Of a stretch of DNA of 64,000 nucleotides, positions 1 through 9,259 are shown piece by piece. Position 1 is the first letter of the stretch, and every line of letters starts with the position of its first letter. The notes beneath the pieces were generated by a model. That model did no database searches and had not been told where the DNA came from. It was given only the letters and a program-made list of their open reading frames with translations. A program made the position numbers and the translations under genes. The stretch comes from Patescibacteria group bacterium (GTDB lineage: Bacteria > Patescibacteriota > Saccharimonadia > UBA4664 > SCTI01): positions 160-64,159 of the forward strand of contig SCTI01000002.1 in NCBI GenBank assembly GCA_004297735.1. Direction: 5' to 3'.

Positions 1-154
1 CCCCCACCTTGGTTACCTGAGTTAAGTACAGCAAGGCTAAAACCGAGATCGCGGCAACCACTACTACGGTGGCCGAAACCGGACCAAGCTTCATGTCGGT
101 CTTGGTGCGGTAAAGATTTTGGTTGCGTCGCACAGCAAGTGTGGCGGTGCTCAT
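1..154 (-). CDS. FtsL-like small bitopic membrane protein, N-terminal part (runs off the window)
   Basis: ATG at 154 on the minus strand. Translation is MSTATLAVRRNQNLYRTKTDMKLGPVSATVVVVAAISVLALLYLTQ..., a short cytoplasmic head plus one TM helix. It lies downstream of rsmH, as in dcw clusters. Confidence 0.5.
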   Translation of the reverse strand, partial: MSTATLAVRRNQNLYRTKTDMKLGPVSATVVVVAAISVLALLYLTQVTKVG

Positions 155-200
155 AATTACTAATTTCCTGTTTATTTTTAAGTTTTAGTTTTTGGTTAAA

Positions 201-257
201 TCGTTTTTTGGTGCGGTTAGCGGCGCTCATCTCGTTTTTTGGTACACCGCTAACCGC
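201..257. repeat. 11-bp perfect inverted repeat with a duplicated 12-mer in the rsmH/ftsL-like spacer
   Basis: GCGGTTAGCGG (213-223) and CCGCTAACCGC (247-257) are separated by 23 nt. TCGTTTTTTGGT occurs at 201-212 and again at 232-243, each just before an arm. Confidence 0.8.
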
Positions 258-343
258 GGCAAACTAGCGGCTATTTAGCGATCTAGCTTGCGAACTTGGA
301 TGCGTCGAGCACGCATGCTCTCTACTTTGATTGGAACTGACAT

Positions 344-1282
344 TCAGCCCTCCTTTTGGTTTTGGTTTATTTTCACTGCGGCTCGGAGTTTGGCGCTCCT
401 AGCACGCGGGTTAAAAGCATCTTCGGTACCGGCTACTGGTTTGGTGGTGAGCTTTTTAAGGCTGGCCACGTGGTCACAGGTGCAAACCGGCTGTTTTGGT
501 GGGCAGGTACAGTCTTTTGACTCGCGGTTAAAAAACTCTTTAACCAAGCCGTCTTCCAGCGAGTGAAAGCTAATGACCGCTATTCTGCCACCTGGCTTAA
601 GCAATCTAACTAGCTTTGGTAAAGCTTGCTCTAGCTGCTCTAGCTCTTGGTTGACGTGGATGCGCAAGGCCTGAAAGGTCTTGGTGGCAGGGTGAATCTT
701 GCTCGCTCCTCTACCGCCCACCGCTTGCTCAACAATTTTAGCTAGTTGAGTGGTGGTCGAAATCGGTCGTTGGCGTACTATCGCCGCCGCAATGCGACGT
801 GAGCGACGTTCACCGCCGTACTGGTAGATTAGATCGGCTAGATCTTTTTCTGACACCGCGTTAACCACGTCGGCCGCCGACGGCGACTGCGACTGGTCCA
901 TGCGCATGTCGAGCGGGGCTTCAGCCATAAAGCTAAATCCGCGCTCTGGGTTGTCAAGCTGTGGTGACGAAACCCCCAGATCCAACAAAACCATGTCGAC
1001 TAAACGACGATCATGTAACAGCTCTTCGGTAGCCGATAAATAATCGCGGCGCATAATCCGGACTCGATCATGGTTGTTAAATCGCTGCTGCAACGCGTGT
1101 ATAGCGCGATGATCGCGATCGGCCAAGATCAAGAAGCCGTCAGGAGCAATCCGCTCAGCAATTGCCGCAGCGTGACCGCCATATCCTGCCGTTCCGTCAA
1201 AGTACAGCTCACCTGGATTTGGATCCAGTAGCTTGACTGTTTGCTCTAAGAGCACCGGAACATGTTTGGCGACGTGGGTCAT
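344..1282 (-). CDS. rsmH: 16S rRNA (cytosine1402-N4)-methyltransferase RsmH
   Basis: 312-aa ORF with HVPVLLEQ...DGTAGYGGHA typical of RsmH/MraW. It follows mraZ. Confidence 0.93.
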   Translation of the reverse strand: MTHVAKHVPVLLEQTVKLLDPNPGELYFDGTAGYGGHAAAIAERIAPDGFLILADRDHRAIHALQQRFNNHDRVRIMRRDYLSATEELLHDRRLVDMVLLDLGVSSPQLDNPERGFSFMAEAPLDMRMDQSQSPSAADVVNAVSEKDLADLIYQYGGERRSRRIAAAIVRQRPISTTTQLAKIVEQAVGGRGASKIHPATKTFQALRIHVNQELEQLEQALPKLVRLLKPGGRIAVISFHSLEDGLVKEFFNRESKDCTCPPKQPVCTCDHVASLKKLTTKPVAGTEDAFNPRARSAKLRAAVKINQNQKEG

Positions 1283-1365
1283 TGGTATCTCGACTGTCCG
1301 TAGTTCGTGCTGGCTATCAGTTGGTGACGCGATAGCCTACGGCCAGAGTGGTTTTCAAGGTCACC

Positions 1366-1578
1366 TACTCAGTAGTCAGTGTTGTGTTTGAGATTTTTGT
1401 TTTTGTTGAGTGTGATGGCTATCGTATGAGCCATCGAGTTGTTGTGGTAAGGAACTGTCATAATTCCGTAAGAATTGTGGCACATTCCTTATAACGATTG
1501 TGTGAGGTGGAGTTGTTTGTTGCTAGGTGCCAGGATGTTTGAACGGATTCCTCGAACCGTCGTACTGACTACCAAGTA
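1366..1578. repeat. Long-range inverted repeat enclosing a hairpin-rich 213-bp segment of the mraZ-rsmH spacer
   Basis: TACTCAGTAGTCAGT (1366-1380) pairs with ACTGACTACCAAGTA (1564-1578) at 13 of 15 positions. Internal 7-bp hairpins include GATGGCT/AGCCATC (about 1415-1436) and TAAGGAA/TTCCTTA (about 1449-1491). Confidence 0.7.
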
Positions 1579-1629
1579 GCTAATCTTGAAGTTTTTGTTT
1601 TTGTTTTTAAAGGACGATGCCTGGTTAAG

Positions 1630-2031
1630 TTAGGTAGTTGAGGGAGTCTTGATGCGCCAGTAGCCTCCGGGCATTTTAGTGGCCACCACCTCTTTATTGC
1701 GATCAAAGCCGGCGTAACGGAGCAAATCCTGCTCTATTGTTATACGTCCCTGCTTTGAATCCATGGTGGTTTCCATCATGCCTTCGAGCAACTGATCGGC
1801 CATGTCGGCTAGCTCGCGATCAAAAACGATCGGAGTGGCTCCATTACCCTTCCACTGTCCACTGAGTGCGGTTTCCATTTCGTTGTTCCACACCGCCTCA
1901 CTGTACACATGTAGGTAGTTACCAAAGCCGCGAGTGATGATAACCTTACCGCTTTCAAATTCAGGGCGAAGTTCAGCTGGAATTGTCAGCCGATTTTTGT
2001 CGTCCAATTTGCGCTTAAAGTATCTCATCAA
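1630..2031 (-). CDS. mraZ: Transcriptional regulator MraZ
   Basis: 133-aa ORF. KLDDKNRLTIPAELR is an MraZ/SpoVT-AbrB-type motif. It is the first gene of the dcw cluster. Confidence 0.9.
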   Translation of the reverse strand: MMRYFKRKLDDKNRLTIPAELRPEFESGKVIITRGFGNYLHVYSEAVWNNEMETALSGQWKGNGATPIVFDRELADMADQLLEGMMETTMDSKQGRITIEQDLLRYAGFDRNKEVVATKMPGGYWRIKTPSTT

Positions 2032-2089
2032 ACTCTTTCTGCCTCTCTTTCAACCCTCTATGTGCTACCTTGTGTAACCCATTGATTAG

Positions 2090-2144
2090 ATAATACTACC
2101 CACTGCTACCCACTGTCAACGATTTTCTCTATTATTTTACCCAC
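2090..2144 (-). promoter_or_regulatory. mraZ promoter with three GTGGGTA direct repeats (candidate MraZ operator)
   Basis: Read on the minus strand: GTGGGTA 2144-2138, TTGACA 2119-2114, GTGGGTA 2113-2107, GTGGGTA 2103-2097 (10-bp phasing), TATTAT 2095-2090. Confidence 0.6.
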
Positions 2145-2160
2145 TTTATGCATGAATACA

Positions 2161-2188
2161 AAAAAGACCACCTAATCAGTGGTCTTTT
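2161..2188. terminator. Bidirectional intrinsic terminator
   Basis: AAAAAGACCAC-ctaatca-GTGGTCTTTT has a 7-bp stem flanked by an A-run and a T-run. It lies just after the stop of the 2246..2539 gene. Confidence 0.7.
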
Positions 2189-2245
2189 ACAATAATTGCT
2201 GGGGTTGGCGCATGTAGGGCTACTGCCCCACCTGCGCCGGAACGG

Positions 2246-2539
2246 CTACCCCAAGCGGCGCATCTCGTCGATCATGCCGTCGATCTCGCGAACGCGATTG
2301 CGTCGATGCCGACGCCCACCGTGGCGGACCGGAGGCTCGTGGAGACTCTTGGTCACCTCCTGCGGGCTGCATCCCCTCTCGCGAGCGATATAGCCGACAC
2401 GTAGCGCGGCCTGTTCGTAGCTGAGCCGATCGTCCACCGAAATCTCGTGCAGGGTCGGAACTGGGAAGCCCCACTCGATTAGGAGCCGTTTCGCATCCTG
2501 TTCCGAAAGCGTCTGATTCAAGTCAGGTGCAACTGTCAT
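2246..2539 (-). CDS. GC-rich hypothetical protein, 97 aa, basic C-terminus
   Basis: ATG at 2539 is preceded by GGAGGTCACGCCGT. The sequence is MTVAPDLNQTLSEQDAKRLLIEWGF...RHGGRRHRRNRVREIDGMIDEMRRLG. It is much more GC-rich than its neighbours and no family was recognised. Confidence 0.6.
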   Translation of the reverse strand: MTVAPDLNQTLSEQDAKRLLIEWGFPVPTLHEISVDDRLSYEQAALRVGYIARERGCSPQEVTKSLHEPPVRHGGRRHRRNRVREIDGMIDEMRRLG

Positions 2540-2579
2540 ACGGCGTGACCTCCGTGGTCGTTTGGGTACCGTTGCTGTG

Positions 2580-2608
2580 ATTTTACAGATGTGAGCGTGT
2601 TTTGTCAA
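2580..2608 (-). promoter_or_regulatory. Sigma70-type promoter, ATTGACAAAA family
   Basis: Minus strand: TTGACA (2608-2603), 17 nt, TAAAAT (2585-2580). The context is AGTATTGACAAAAC. Confidence 0.65.
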
Positions 2609-2647
2609 TACTGTTAAACAAGTTTGACGAACAATATTAAATAATGA

Positions 2648-4036
2648 TTAAAACTTGTCGAGCTGAGCCTGAACTTCGTCCGCTAGCCCATCGATCTTAA
2701 CTCTCACCTGTTCCAAAGTATCGCGGTGACGAATGGTAACCGATTTGTCCTCTAGGGTGTCAAAATCAATCACAATACATAATGGCGTGCCAATCTCGTC
2801 CTGGCGGCGGTAGCGCTTGCCGATATTGCCGTTGTCGTCATACATAACCGCGCCGAACTGCTTTTTGAGGTCGGCGTAAACGTCCTTGGCAACCTTAACC
2901 AGCTCAGGCTTGTTGCGCAGCAGCGGCGATACCGCTACCTTTACCGGGGCTAATTGCGGCTTGAGCTTAAGCACGGTGCGGTCATTCTTGTCGTCCTGCC
3001 AGTAAGCGGCAGTCAGAATAGCCAGCACGGTTCGGTCCACCCCAAAGGTTGGCTCAATCACGTGCGGGATAAATCGCTGGTTGGTGGTTGGGTCGAGGTA
3101 GCCCACATCAACCCCACTGTGCTTGGCATGGTTGCTCAAATCAAAATCGGTGCGGTAAGCCAGGCCGTACAACTCCTTTACGCCAAACGGAAACTCAAAC
3201 TCAAAGTCGATCGTTTTTTTGGAGTAGTGAGCACGGTCAGCCTCGGGAACGTCCAGGTCGTGAATACTGGTCTTTGGCAGGCCAATCAGCTCCATCCAAT
3301 CGCGCATACGCTGCTCCCACTCGGCAAACTGCTGCTCCCACTCCCCTTCGGTCACAAAGTACTCAATCTCCATCTGTTCAAACTCGCGGGTACGGAAAAT
3401 GAAATCTTTAGGTGTGATTTCGTTACGAAAGGCCTTACCGATCTGCGCCAAACCAAACGGCAGCCGTGGATGAATACTATCCATAACGTTTTTAAAGTTT
3501 ACAAACATACCTTGAGCGGTCTCGGGGCGCATATAAACTTGGTTGGCGCTATCCTCGACCACCCCGGCCCGGGTCTCAAACATCAGATTGAACTGACGAG
3601 CGTCGCTCAGTTCGTTGCCCTCCGGGCTCTTGATGCCAAGCTCTTTAATCTTGGCGCTCATTTGGTCTAGCGTCATCCCAACTGGGTCAATATCATGCTC
3701 TTCCAGTAAATGATCCACGCGATAGCGTTTGCGGGTCTTCTTGTCCTCAACCAGTGGGTCGGCAAAGCCGGCGCCGGTGTGCCCACTGGCCTGCCAGACA
3801 CGAGCGTTCATTAAAATAGCGGCATCGACACCGTACATATCATCGCGACTATCAACAAAAAACTGCCACCACAGCTGTTTAATATTGTTTTTAAGCGCCA
3901 CTCCATAAGGACCATAATCCCAGGTACCAGCTAGACCGCCGTAAATTTCGGATCCCTGAAAAATAAAGCCACGTCGCTTGGCCAGCGAGACCAGTTCATC
4001 GATTGTAGGAGTTTGAGTGGTTTTTTTGTCGGCCAT
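2648..4036 (-). CDS. glyQS: Glycine--tRNA ligase, dimeric class II type
   Basis: 462-aa ORF with the overall GlyRS alpha2-type pattern (FRNEITP, GLAYRTDFDL, GVDRT). Confidence 0.9.
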   Translation of the reverse strand: MADKKTTQTPTIDELVSLAKRRGFIFQGSEIYGGLAGTWDYGPYGVALKNNIKQLWWQFFVDSRDDMYGVDAAILMNARVWQASGHTGAGFADPLVEDKKTRKRYRVDHLLEEHDIDPVGMTLDQMSAKIKELGIKSPEGNELSDARQFNLMFETRAGVVEDSANQVYMRPETAQGMFVNFKNVMDSIHPRLPFGLAQIGKAFRNEITPKDFIFRTREFEQMEIEYFVTEGEWEQQFAEWEQRMRDWMELIGLPKTSIHDLDVPEADRAHYSKKTIDFEFEFPFGVKELYGLAYRTDFDLSNHAKHSGVDVGYLDPTTNQRFIPHVIEPTFGVDRTVLAILTAAYWQDDKNDRTVLKLKPQLAPVKVAVSPLLRNKPELVKVAKDVYADLKKQFGAVMYDDNGNIGKRYRRQDEIGTPLCIVIDFDTLEDKSVTIRHRDTLEQVRVKIDGLADEVQAQLDKF

Positions 4037-4072
4037 AATGTGGCTTATTATAAGGCAAACCCGGTTAGCTGG

Positions 4073-4789
4073 CTACTCTAGCACCTGGGCGGCACGAAAC
4101 CGCTGACCAAAGGTGTGGTCGTAAAAGGCGTTGCAGGCCAGCATTGAATCAACCGCTAGATCGCTCACCGCCTCAATGCGCCGGATTGAACTCAGCGGGT
4201 TGGCCAACATCAATCGCCACAGCTTAATCTGGTCCTGGGTTAAGGGCAGATTGATTGAACCACAGCCGTCCCCAATTATGCCACCGTGCTCGACGCTCAA
4301 ACCATAATTACGGTGCGATTTTGCGCCATGACAGACAACACAGCCGTCCAGCTCCGGGCGGTAACCGAGTTGATCTAGCAAGCGCAGTTTAAACCACAGC
4401 TCGGTTACCGTGTCGGGGTTAGCCGGTATCTCCTTGAGCGTATCGTGCATCAAATCAAACAGCGCCGGGTGTTCCCCTTCGCCACTCAAGCGGTTGGTCA
4501 TCTCGGCAACCAAGTAGGCCAAGCGCATTGCATCGTAGTTATCACCAATCTTCAAATGCGACTGCAGTCGCGCCGAGGTGATAATATCGAGGTTCCGACC
4601 CTCGGTTAACATCAGATCCGATTCAGAGAACAGCTCTAGGTGTCCGGCCAGTTTGCTTTTAATCCGGCGCACCCCTTTGGCTACCGCGCGGATCACCCCC
4701 CGCTCCGGCGTAATTAGCACAATAATACGATCGGCCTCACCAAAGTTATGGCGGCCAATAATAATCCCTTTTGTCTGATAACTTGCCAT
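4073..4789 (-). CDS. recO: DNA repair protein RecO
   Basis: 238 aa. The N-terminal OB-like KGIIIGRHNFGEADRII and a Cys-rich segment (CVVCHG...GDGCG) fit RecO. Confidence 0.85.
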   Translation of the reverse strand: MASYQTKGIIIGRHNFGEADRIIVLITPERGVIRAVAKGVRRIKSKLAGHLELFSESDLMLTEGRNLDIITSARLQSHLKIGDNYDAMRLAYLVAEMTNRLSGEGEHPALFDLMHDTLKEIPANPDTVTELWFKLRLLDQLGYRPELDGCVVCHGAKSHRNYGLSVEHGGIIGDGCGSINLPLTQDQIKLWRLMLANPLSSIRRIEAVSDLAVDSMLACNAFYDHTFGQRFRAAQVLE

Positions 4790-4826
4790 GCCGTAAGTTT
4801 AGCAGGTATCTGGCGGACGCTTTGGT

Positions 4827-5213
4827 TTAAGCGGACGAGGTATTAAGCGCTACCATCACCTTTTTTACCACCTCATCCGGGGTATGGTGCGACTTAATTA
4901 GATAGTCGGTTACGCCCAGGGCTCGCGCCAGCTCTTGGTTCATGTCAACTTGAGCCTCACCAAGGTTGGTCAGCAAAATTACCGGTACGTTGCGCAATCC
5001 CGGCTTCTTTTTTATCTCTTTTAAAACGTGGAAGCCGTTCATTTTTGGCATCAAAATATCCAGTAAGATGATGTCGGGGGTGTAACCCTCTAATAAATTC
5101 AAGCACTCTTCGCCATTGGTAGCCACCACCACCTCATGACCCTCCATATCAAACTTGGCCTCATACATTTCAACCAGTACGCGATCATCTTCTGCCAACA
5201 TTATCTTTGCCAT
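4827..5213 (-). CDS. Single-domain response regulator (receiver only)
   Basis: MAKIMLAEDD...DIILLDILMPKMNG matches the CheY-like acidic pocket. GGAGG lies 7 nt upstream of the ATG at 5213. Confidence 0.85.
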   Translation of the reverse strand: MAKIMLAEDDRVLVEMYEAKFDMEGHEVVVATNGEECLNLLEGYTPDIILLDILMPKMNGFHVLKEIKKKPGLRNVPVILLTNLGEAQVDMNQELARALGVTDYLIKSHHTPDEVVKKVMVALNTSSA

Positions 5214-5263
5214 TACTGTACCTCCATTCACTCGATTGGGCTTTGGTTCATCATTATACTACA

Positions 5264-7666
5264 CTACTGCAGCAGCGGAAGCTGCTTAGCAATTGGCAAG
5301 GTAAAGCTAAACCGACTGCCCTTGCCCTCACGGCTGCTAACCCAAATTTTACCACCATGTGATTCAACCAAATTCTTAACAATATAGAGTCCCAAGCCGG
5401 TACCGCCAGCCTGAACGCTCATTGGGTTGTAAATCCGGCCGAACTTCTGGAACAGACGCTCTAGGTGAGCCGGAGTGATGCCGACCCCTTCGTCTTTAAC
5501 GCTTATAACCAGCTCATTACCTTGAGCCTTAAAGTCGATTGAAACCTCGCTCTTAGGTAGAGAGTACTTAATGGCATTATCGACCAAGTTAACCAAAATC
5601 TGCCGCAACCTCACCTCGTCAGCCAACACCAGCGGCAGCTTGTGCTTGCGATTAATCTTTAGCATGATCTGGCGCTCAAATCCTTTGCTCGCCAGTTCGG
5701 CCACTACATCATTAATGAGCGGTTCAACCGCGGTTGGGGCAATTTTGAGCTTGATCTTGCCGCTTTCAATATAGCTAGCGTCCAGCAGATCTTCTACCAA
5801 ATGAATCATACGCTGGTTGGTCTGGTAGACCCTTTCCATAAAGTACAGTTGACGATCGGTTAATGGACCAAAATCCTTTTGCACCAACATACTCAAAAAC
5901 CCTTTAATCGCGGTTAATGGCGTGCGGAGTTCATGCGACACAATTGAGATAAAGTCGCTCTTAACCGCCTCTACCTCTTGCTCACGTTGAATGTTGCTAA
6001 TAATTACGATGCCGCTGGTCACGTTACCGCTGTCGTCAAAGATTGGCGAGCAGCTAATTTCGGTCCACAAAGCCTGGCCGTTCTTGGTCTCAATCAACTG
6101 CTGCCGCTTGGTAACAACCTCGCCTTCCTGTAGTACCTTCCGCAACGGTGTCAGCATCGCCATACTGGTACCTTCGGGAGTCATCGCCTTAACCACATCG
6201 TGGAACGACCGCCCAATCGCCTCCTGCATGGTAAAGCCGGTTAGCTTACTGGCGGCCGGGTTAAAACCAACCACCTTGGTATCACGGTCAAAGATCAGGA
6301 TCCCCTCTTCGGTAAAGGTAAACACCGCCTCCCATCGTTCACGGCGAGCGTTAACCTCGTTGTACAGCTCCCAGTTTTCAATGATCACCGCTAGCCGTGA
6401 GGCAACCAGTCGTAGCAGCTTGGCCTCGTGCGTGTTATAGGCCGAGTCTCGGTGGCTGACCTTGATCACGCCCAGGGCTTTAGAGTGGTAAGTGATCGGC
6501 ACGGTTAGCATGTGGCTTTTGGATATCGCCCCATCATCAATCTCTGGATTATAGGTTTGAGGTTTACGTCGCAAAAACGCCTCCACCACCGGATGATACG
6601 CCCCTAAATGCCACTGGCCGGCATGTTCATGAAAGTGCGTGCTGGTCGCCACCCGCTTAAGCAGCTGCGAATCGGGCTGATACAAGTAAATGCTGACGTT
6701 GGGCGACTCCAGCAGCTGGCTGATCATGGTTAAGTACTTTTTATAGATTTGATCAAAACGGAAACCAACAAAACCACTCAGTTCCGCCAGACTGGATAGC
6801 TCGCGTGAGTGCTTGTTAGCTAAGCGAGCCATCTTGTTGGTCTCAATCGTCTTTTCGACCAACGTGGTGACGTCTCTAGTGGTGATAATGGCGCCCTCGT
6901 ACCGATCGCCGCGAATTAACGGGCTAGCAACCAACTGTAAGTGCTGAATCTTCGACCCAAGATCGGCCTCGGCGTAAAAAGTGGTCTCCCGCCGCTGCTT
7001 AACCAGACCTAAAACCTTATTAATATCGGTATCAAAGCTCAAAAAGCTGGTTACTTCGGGTTGAGCCAAGGCCTCGGTGATTGGCTTGGCCGGCAGCACC
7101 TGGTTAATAATCTCGAACCGCGAACTAACCGTCGTGACCACATCATCGGCGTCAAGAATAATCATGCCAATACTGTGGTTTTGTTGAATCGCGCGCAGCT
7201 TTTCTTGCTCAGCGTACAGGTGGGTTTGGTCGCGAAGGTTGATAAGGACGCCCATAATGCCATCGTTAATGTCCCGATACGGACCCAGCACCGCCTCAAT
7301 TGAGGTGGAGCGATCATCGCAGGAGATTGACATGACCAAGCGCGATTCCTGGCCGGACAGAGCACGCTTAAGAGCTCCATCGGCGTTGTCGTAAGTCAGT
7401 GGCGTTTCGTCTGGGCTGCCGTTGGGCGACTCCACCAACCCCAGAAAGGTGCGGCCGTTAATCTGCTCTTCAGGCAAGCCAAGCAGACGTGCTGCGGCTG
7501 GATTACTGTAGGTGATTACCCCGTCTTGATCTAAACAAAGCAAGCCGTCACGCATACTCTCGCGCATTCGGTCCAACTCGTTTTTAACCTTGGCAGTGGC
7601 GACTTTGGCTGGTGCCGCCACAACCGGCTGCTGGTAGAAATTTGTGGTTCGCCGCGCCATCATCAC
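5264..7666 (-). CDS. Cytoplasmic multi-PAS/GAF sensor histidine kinase
   Basis: 800 aa with H-box SHELRTPL, N-box [10 protein letters not shown] and G-box GGTGLGL. No obvious TM segments. Confidence 0.88.
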   Translation of the reverse strand: MMMARRTTNFYQQPVVAAPAKVATAKVKNELDRMRESMRDGLLCLDQDGVITYSNPAAARLLGLPEEQINGRTFLGLVESPNGSPDETPLTYDNADGALKRALSGQESRLVMSISCDDRSTSIEAVLGPYRDINDGIMGVLINLRDQTHLYAEQEKLRAIQQNHSIGMIILDADDVVTTVSSRFEIINQVLPAKPITEALAQPEVTSFLSFDTDINKVLGLVKQRRETTFYAEADLGSKIQHLQLVASPLIRGDRYEGAIITTRDVTTLVEKTIETNKMARLANKHSRELSSLAELSGFVGFRFDQIYKKYLTMISQLLESPNVSIYLYQPDSQLLKRVATSTHFHEHAGQWHLGAYHPVVEAFLRRKPQTYNPEIDDGAISKSHMLTVPITYHSKALGVIKVSHRDSAYNTHEAKLLRLVASRLAVIIENWELYNEVNARRERWEAVFTFTEEGILIFDRDTKVVGFNPAASKLTGFTMQEAIGRSFHDVVKAMTPEGTSMAMLTPLRKVLQEGEVVTKRQQLIETKNGQALWTEISCSPIFDDSGNVTSGIVIISNIQREQEVEAVKSDFISIVSHELRTPLTAIKGFLSMLVQKDFGPLTDRQLYFMERVYQTNQRMIHLVEDLLDASYIESGKIKLKIAPTAVEPLINDVVAELASKGFERQIMLKINRKHKLPLVLADEVRLRQILVNLVDNAIKYSLPKSEVSIDFKAQGNELVISVKDEGVGITPAHLERLFQKFGRIYNPMSVQAGGTGLGLYIVKNLVESHGGKIWVSSREGKGSRFSFTLPIAKQLPLLQ

Positions 7667-7741
7667 CCTTGTTACTAGTACTTAAAGTACCATGATCCAC
7701 CAGATAGCCTCAAGCATAAGGGCTGTGTTCTGCTCAGTTAT

Positions 7742-8395
7742 CTACGGGTTGATTTTAGCGCCGGCAACGATGGTATTAAACTCGCCGACATACCTTTTAT
7801 CTTCGGTGATCAAAACGATGGTTTTGTCGCGCACCGGCACAATAATAACCACGCCTTCATGGCGCTGATCATCAATGGTCCCTTCAAGTTGGGTGGCGTC
7901 AATCCCCGAAACCTTGGTTCCCTTGCTAGTAACCTTTTTCTGCTTAATTAGGGTTTGATAGTCTTTAACCACATCGGCCTGGGACTGGCGCAGCAGCTTG
8001 AGGCGAAAAGCCTGGGTGTTGCGAGCATCCCGGTTGAGATTAATGGTCACCGTATCAGGGTTAGCGGCAAAATCAACTTGGGTTGGACCGGTGTTGTTAC
8101 GGCCGTAATAGGTGCTCCAGGTTTTGGGTATGGGCAGTACAAAGCCACCGTCTACCGCATCGGCGGTAAAGTTTTTAAATGGTAGTTCGTTAGCTTTGCG
8201 ATTTTCTTCAGCACTTTGCTGTTTTTGCTGTTCTCTAGCGCGCTGCGACTCAGCCTTAACTAAGGTGTTGAGATTACCACGAACATACTCATTGTCTCGG
8301 TAAGCTAGGACTGCTAGAACCCCAAAAACAACCATCCCAATGGCTAAGAAAATGGTAAGAATAAGATGGATGCTGATGCGTTTTTGTTCGTACAT
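7742..8395 (-). CDS. Hypothetical membrane-anchored protein
   Basis: 217-aa ORF with an N-terminal TM helix (ISIHLILTIFLAIGMVVFGVLAVLAY). No recognised domain. Confidence 0.6.
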   Translation of the reverse strand: MYEQKRISIHLILTIFLAIGMVVFGVLAVLAYRDNEYVRGNLNTLVKAESQRAREQQKQQSAEENRKANELPFKNFTADAVDGGFVLPIPKTWSTYYGRNNTGPTQVDFAANPDTVTINLNRDARNTQAFRLKLLRQSQADVVKDYQTLIKQKKVTSKGTKVSGIDATQLEGTIDDQRHEGVVIIVPVRDKTIVLITEDKRYVGEFNTIVAGAKINP

Positions 8396-8531
8396 TCTGG
8401 TTATGGTTATACCATGAAAAGATCTTTTGGAGCAAGGCTGGCCAATGCGGCCCTCTTTTTAAGTACTATTTTGAATTTAAGAAAATCTATAATATTCGCT
8501 GAATATTATATAAATTATCAAATTCGATAAA

Positions 8532-9008
8532 CTACCCTATTCGATACAAGTAGCTGTTGCGAGTTTTAGAGATCGGCTTGCGCGGCAGCTCAAACACATG
8601 ACAGACAACTCGGGTCGGTCGACTAAGCTCTGATTCGAGCTTAGCGTTTAGCTTGGCCATGTACCGATCAAGCAAAAAAGTGTAAATAACATCCGCTGGC
8701 GGCAAGGTAACCATCCAGTAATTTTGCAGCCTAACACTCACCTGCCGCCGATACGGCCAAGTCCGAGCGTACGACACCAACCACAGTAATGGATTCAGCT
8801 CATACCCAATAGCGTTAGCGCCTCGCCGCGCCGCGGCAATCAACACGGTTCCATCACCGGAGCCAAGATCAATTAAGGTCTCACCGGCCTGCAGTTCGGC
8901 TAGATCAAGTGCGCCCTCAAGCTCGCGTCGTTTAATTGGCAAGTATGGTGCGCCAAAAAAGGTTCCGGCCGCAAAGCACACCGCCAGTACAATCAGCAGC
9001 CACCACAT
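8532..9008 (-). CDS. Small class I SAM-dependent methyltransferase with N-terminal TM helix
   Basis: LIDLGSGDGTVLIAAARRG matches SAM motif I. Confidence 0.65.
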   Translation of the reverse strand: MWWLLIVLAVCFAAGTFFGAPYLPIKRRELEGALDLAELQAGETLIDLGSGDGTVLIAAARRGANAIGYELNPLLWLVSYARTWPYRRQVSVRLQNYWMVTLPPADVIYTFLLDRYMAKLNAKLESELSRPTRVVCHVFELPRKPISKTRNSYLYRIG

Positions 9009-9259
9009 TACAGTAAGGTAGGAGGCTCACCGGCCCAGGCCGCTTCGGTTTCAGCTGGGGCAGCGGTATCAAAGCGCTGCTTGATCTTTTCAACCCGGTT
9101 CTCAACCTCGCCCAGCTCTTTCTTTAGCTCGCTGGCTAGCTCCATCCCCCGCTCAAACTTGGTTAAAGCAGCGTCTAGATCTACCTCGTCCGATTCAAAC
9201 CATTCGGTTATGGCCTCAAGCTCTTTTAATTTGGTTCCAAAATCTGGTTTTGCTGTCAC
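9008..9259 (-). CDS. xseB: Exodeoxyribonuclease VII small subunit
   Basis: 83 aa with LEAITEWFESDEVDLDAALTKFERGMEL typical of XseB. Abuts xseA. Confidence 0.85.
   Translation of the reverse strand: MTAKPDFGTKLKELEAITEWFESDEVDLDAALTKFERGMELASELKKELGEVENRVEKIKQRFDTAAPAETEAAWAGEPPTLL

Noticed and set aside
1372-1385. Exact 14-mer GTAGTCAGTGTTGT shared between the mraZ-rsmH spacer (1372-1385) and the region after RNA A (40194-40207), as evidence for a mobile-element family
   Set aside because: In a 64-kb window, several exact 14-mer coincidences are expected by chance (on the order of N squared over 2 divided by 4^14, a few). Similarity does not extend beyond the 14 nt. It is worth a genome-wide BLASTN but is not evidence on its own.
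2540-2608. Longer start (TTG at 2608) for the 2246.. ORF, and the longer start at 59070 for the 58726.. ORF
   Set aside because: The TTG at 2608 is the first triplet of the TTGACA -35 hexamer, and ATG 2539 has a GGAGG RBS. For 58726.., a 13-bp hairpin terminator plus T-run and an AT-rich promoter-like stretch lie between 59066 and 58993, so the Met at 58992 is preferred.
8489-8509. ATAATATTC-gct-GAATATTAT palindrome upstream of the 7742..8395 gene, as a specific operator
   Set aside because: It is a perfect 9-bp inverted repeat, but it lies in a very AT-rich promoter region where such palindromes arise easily. No partner regulator or second copy was seen in the window.
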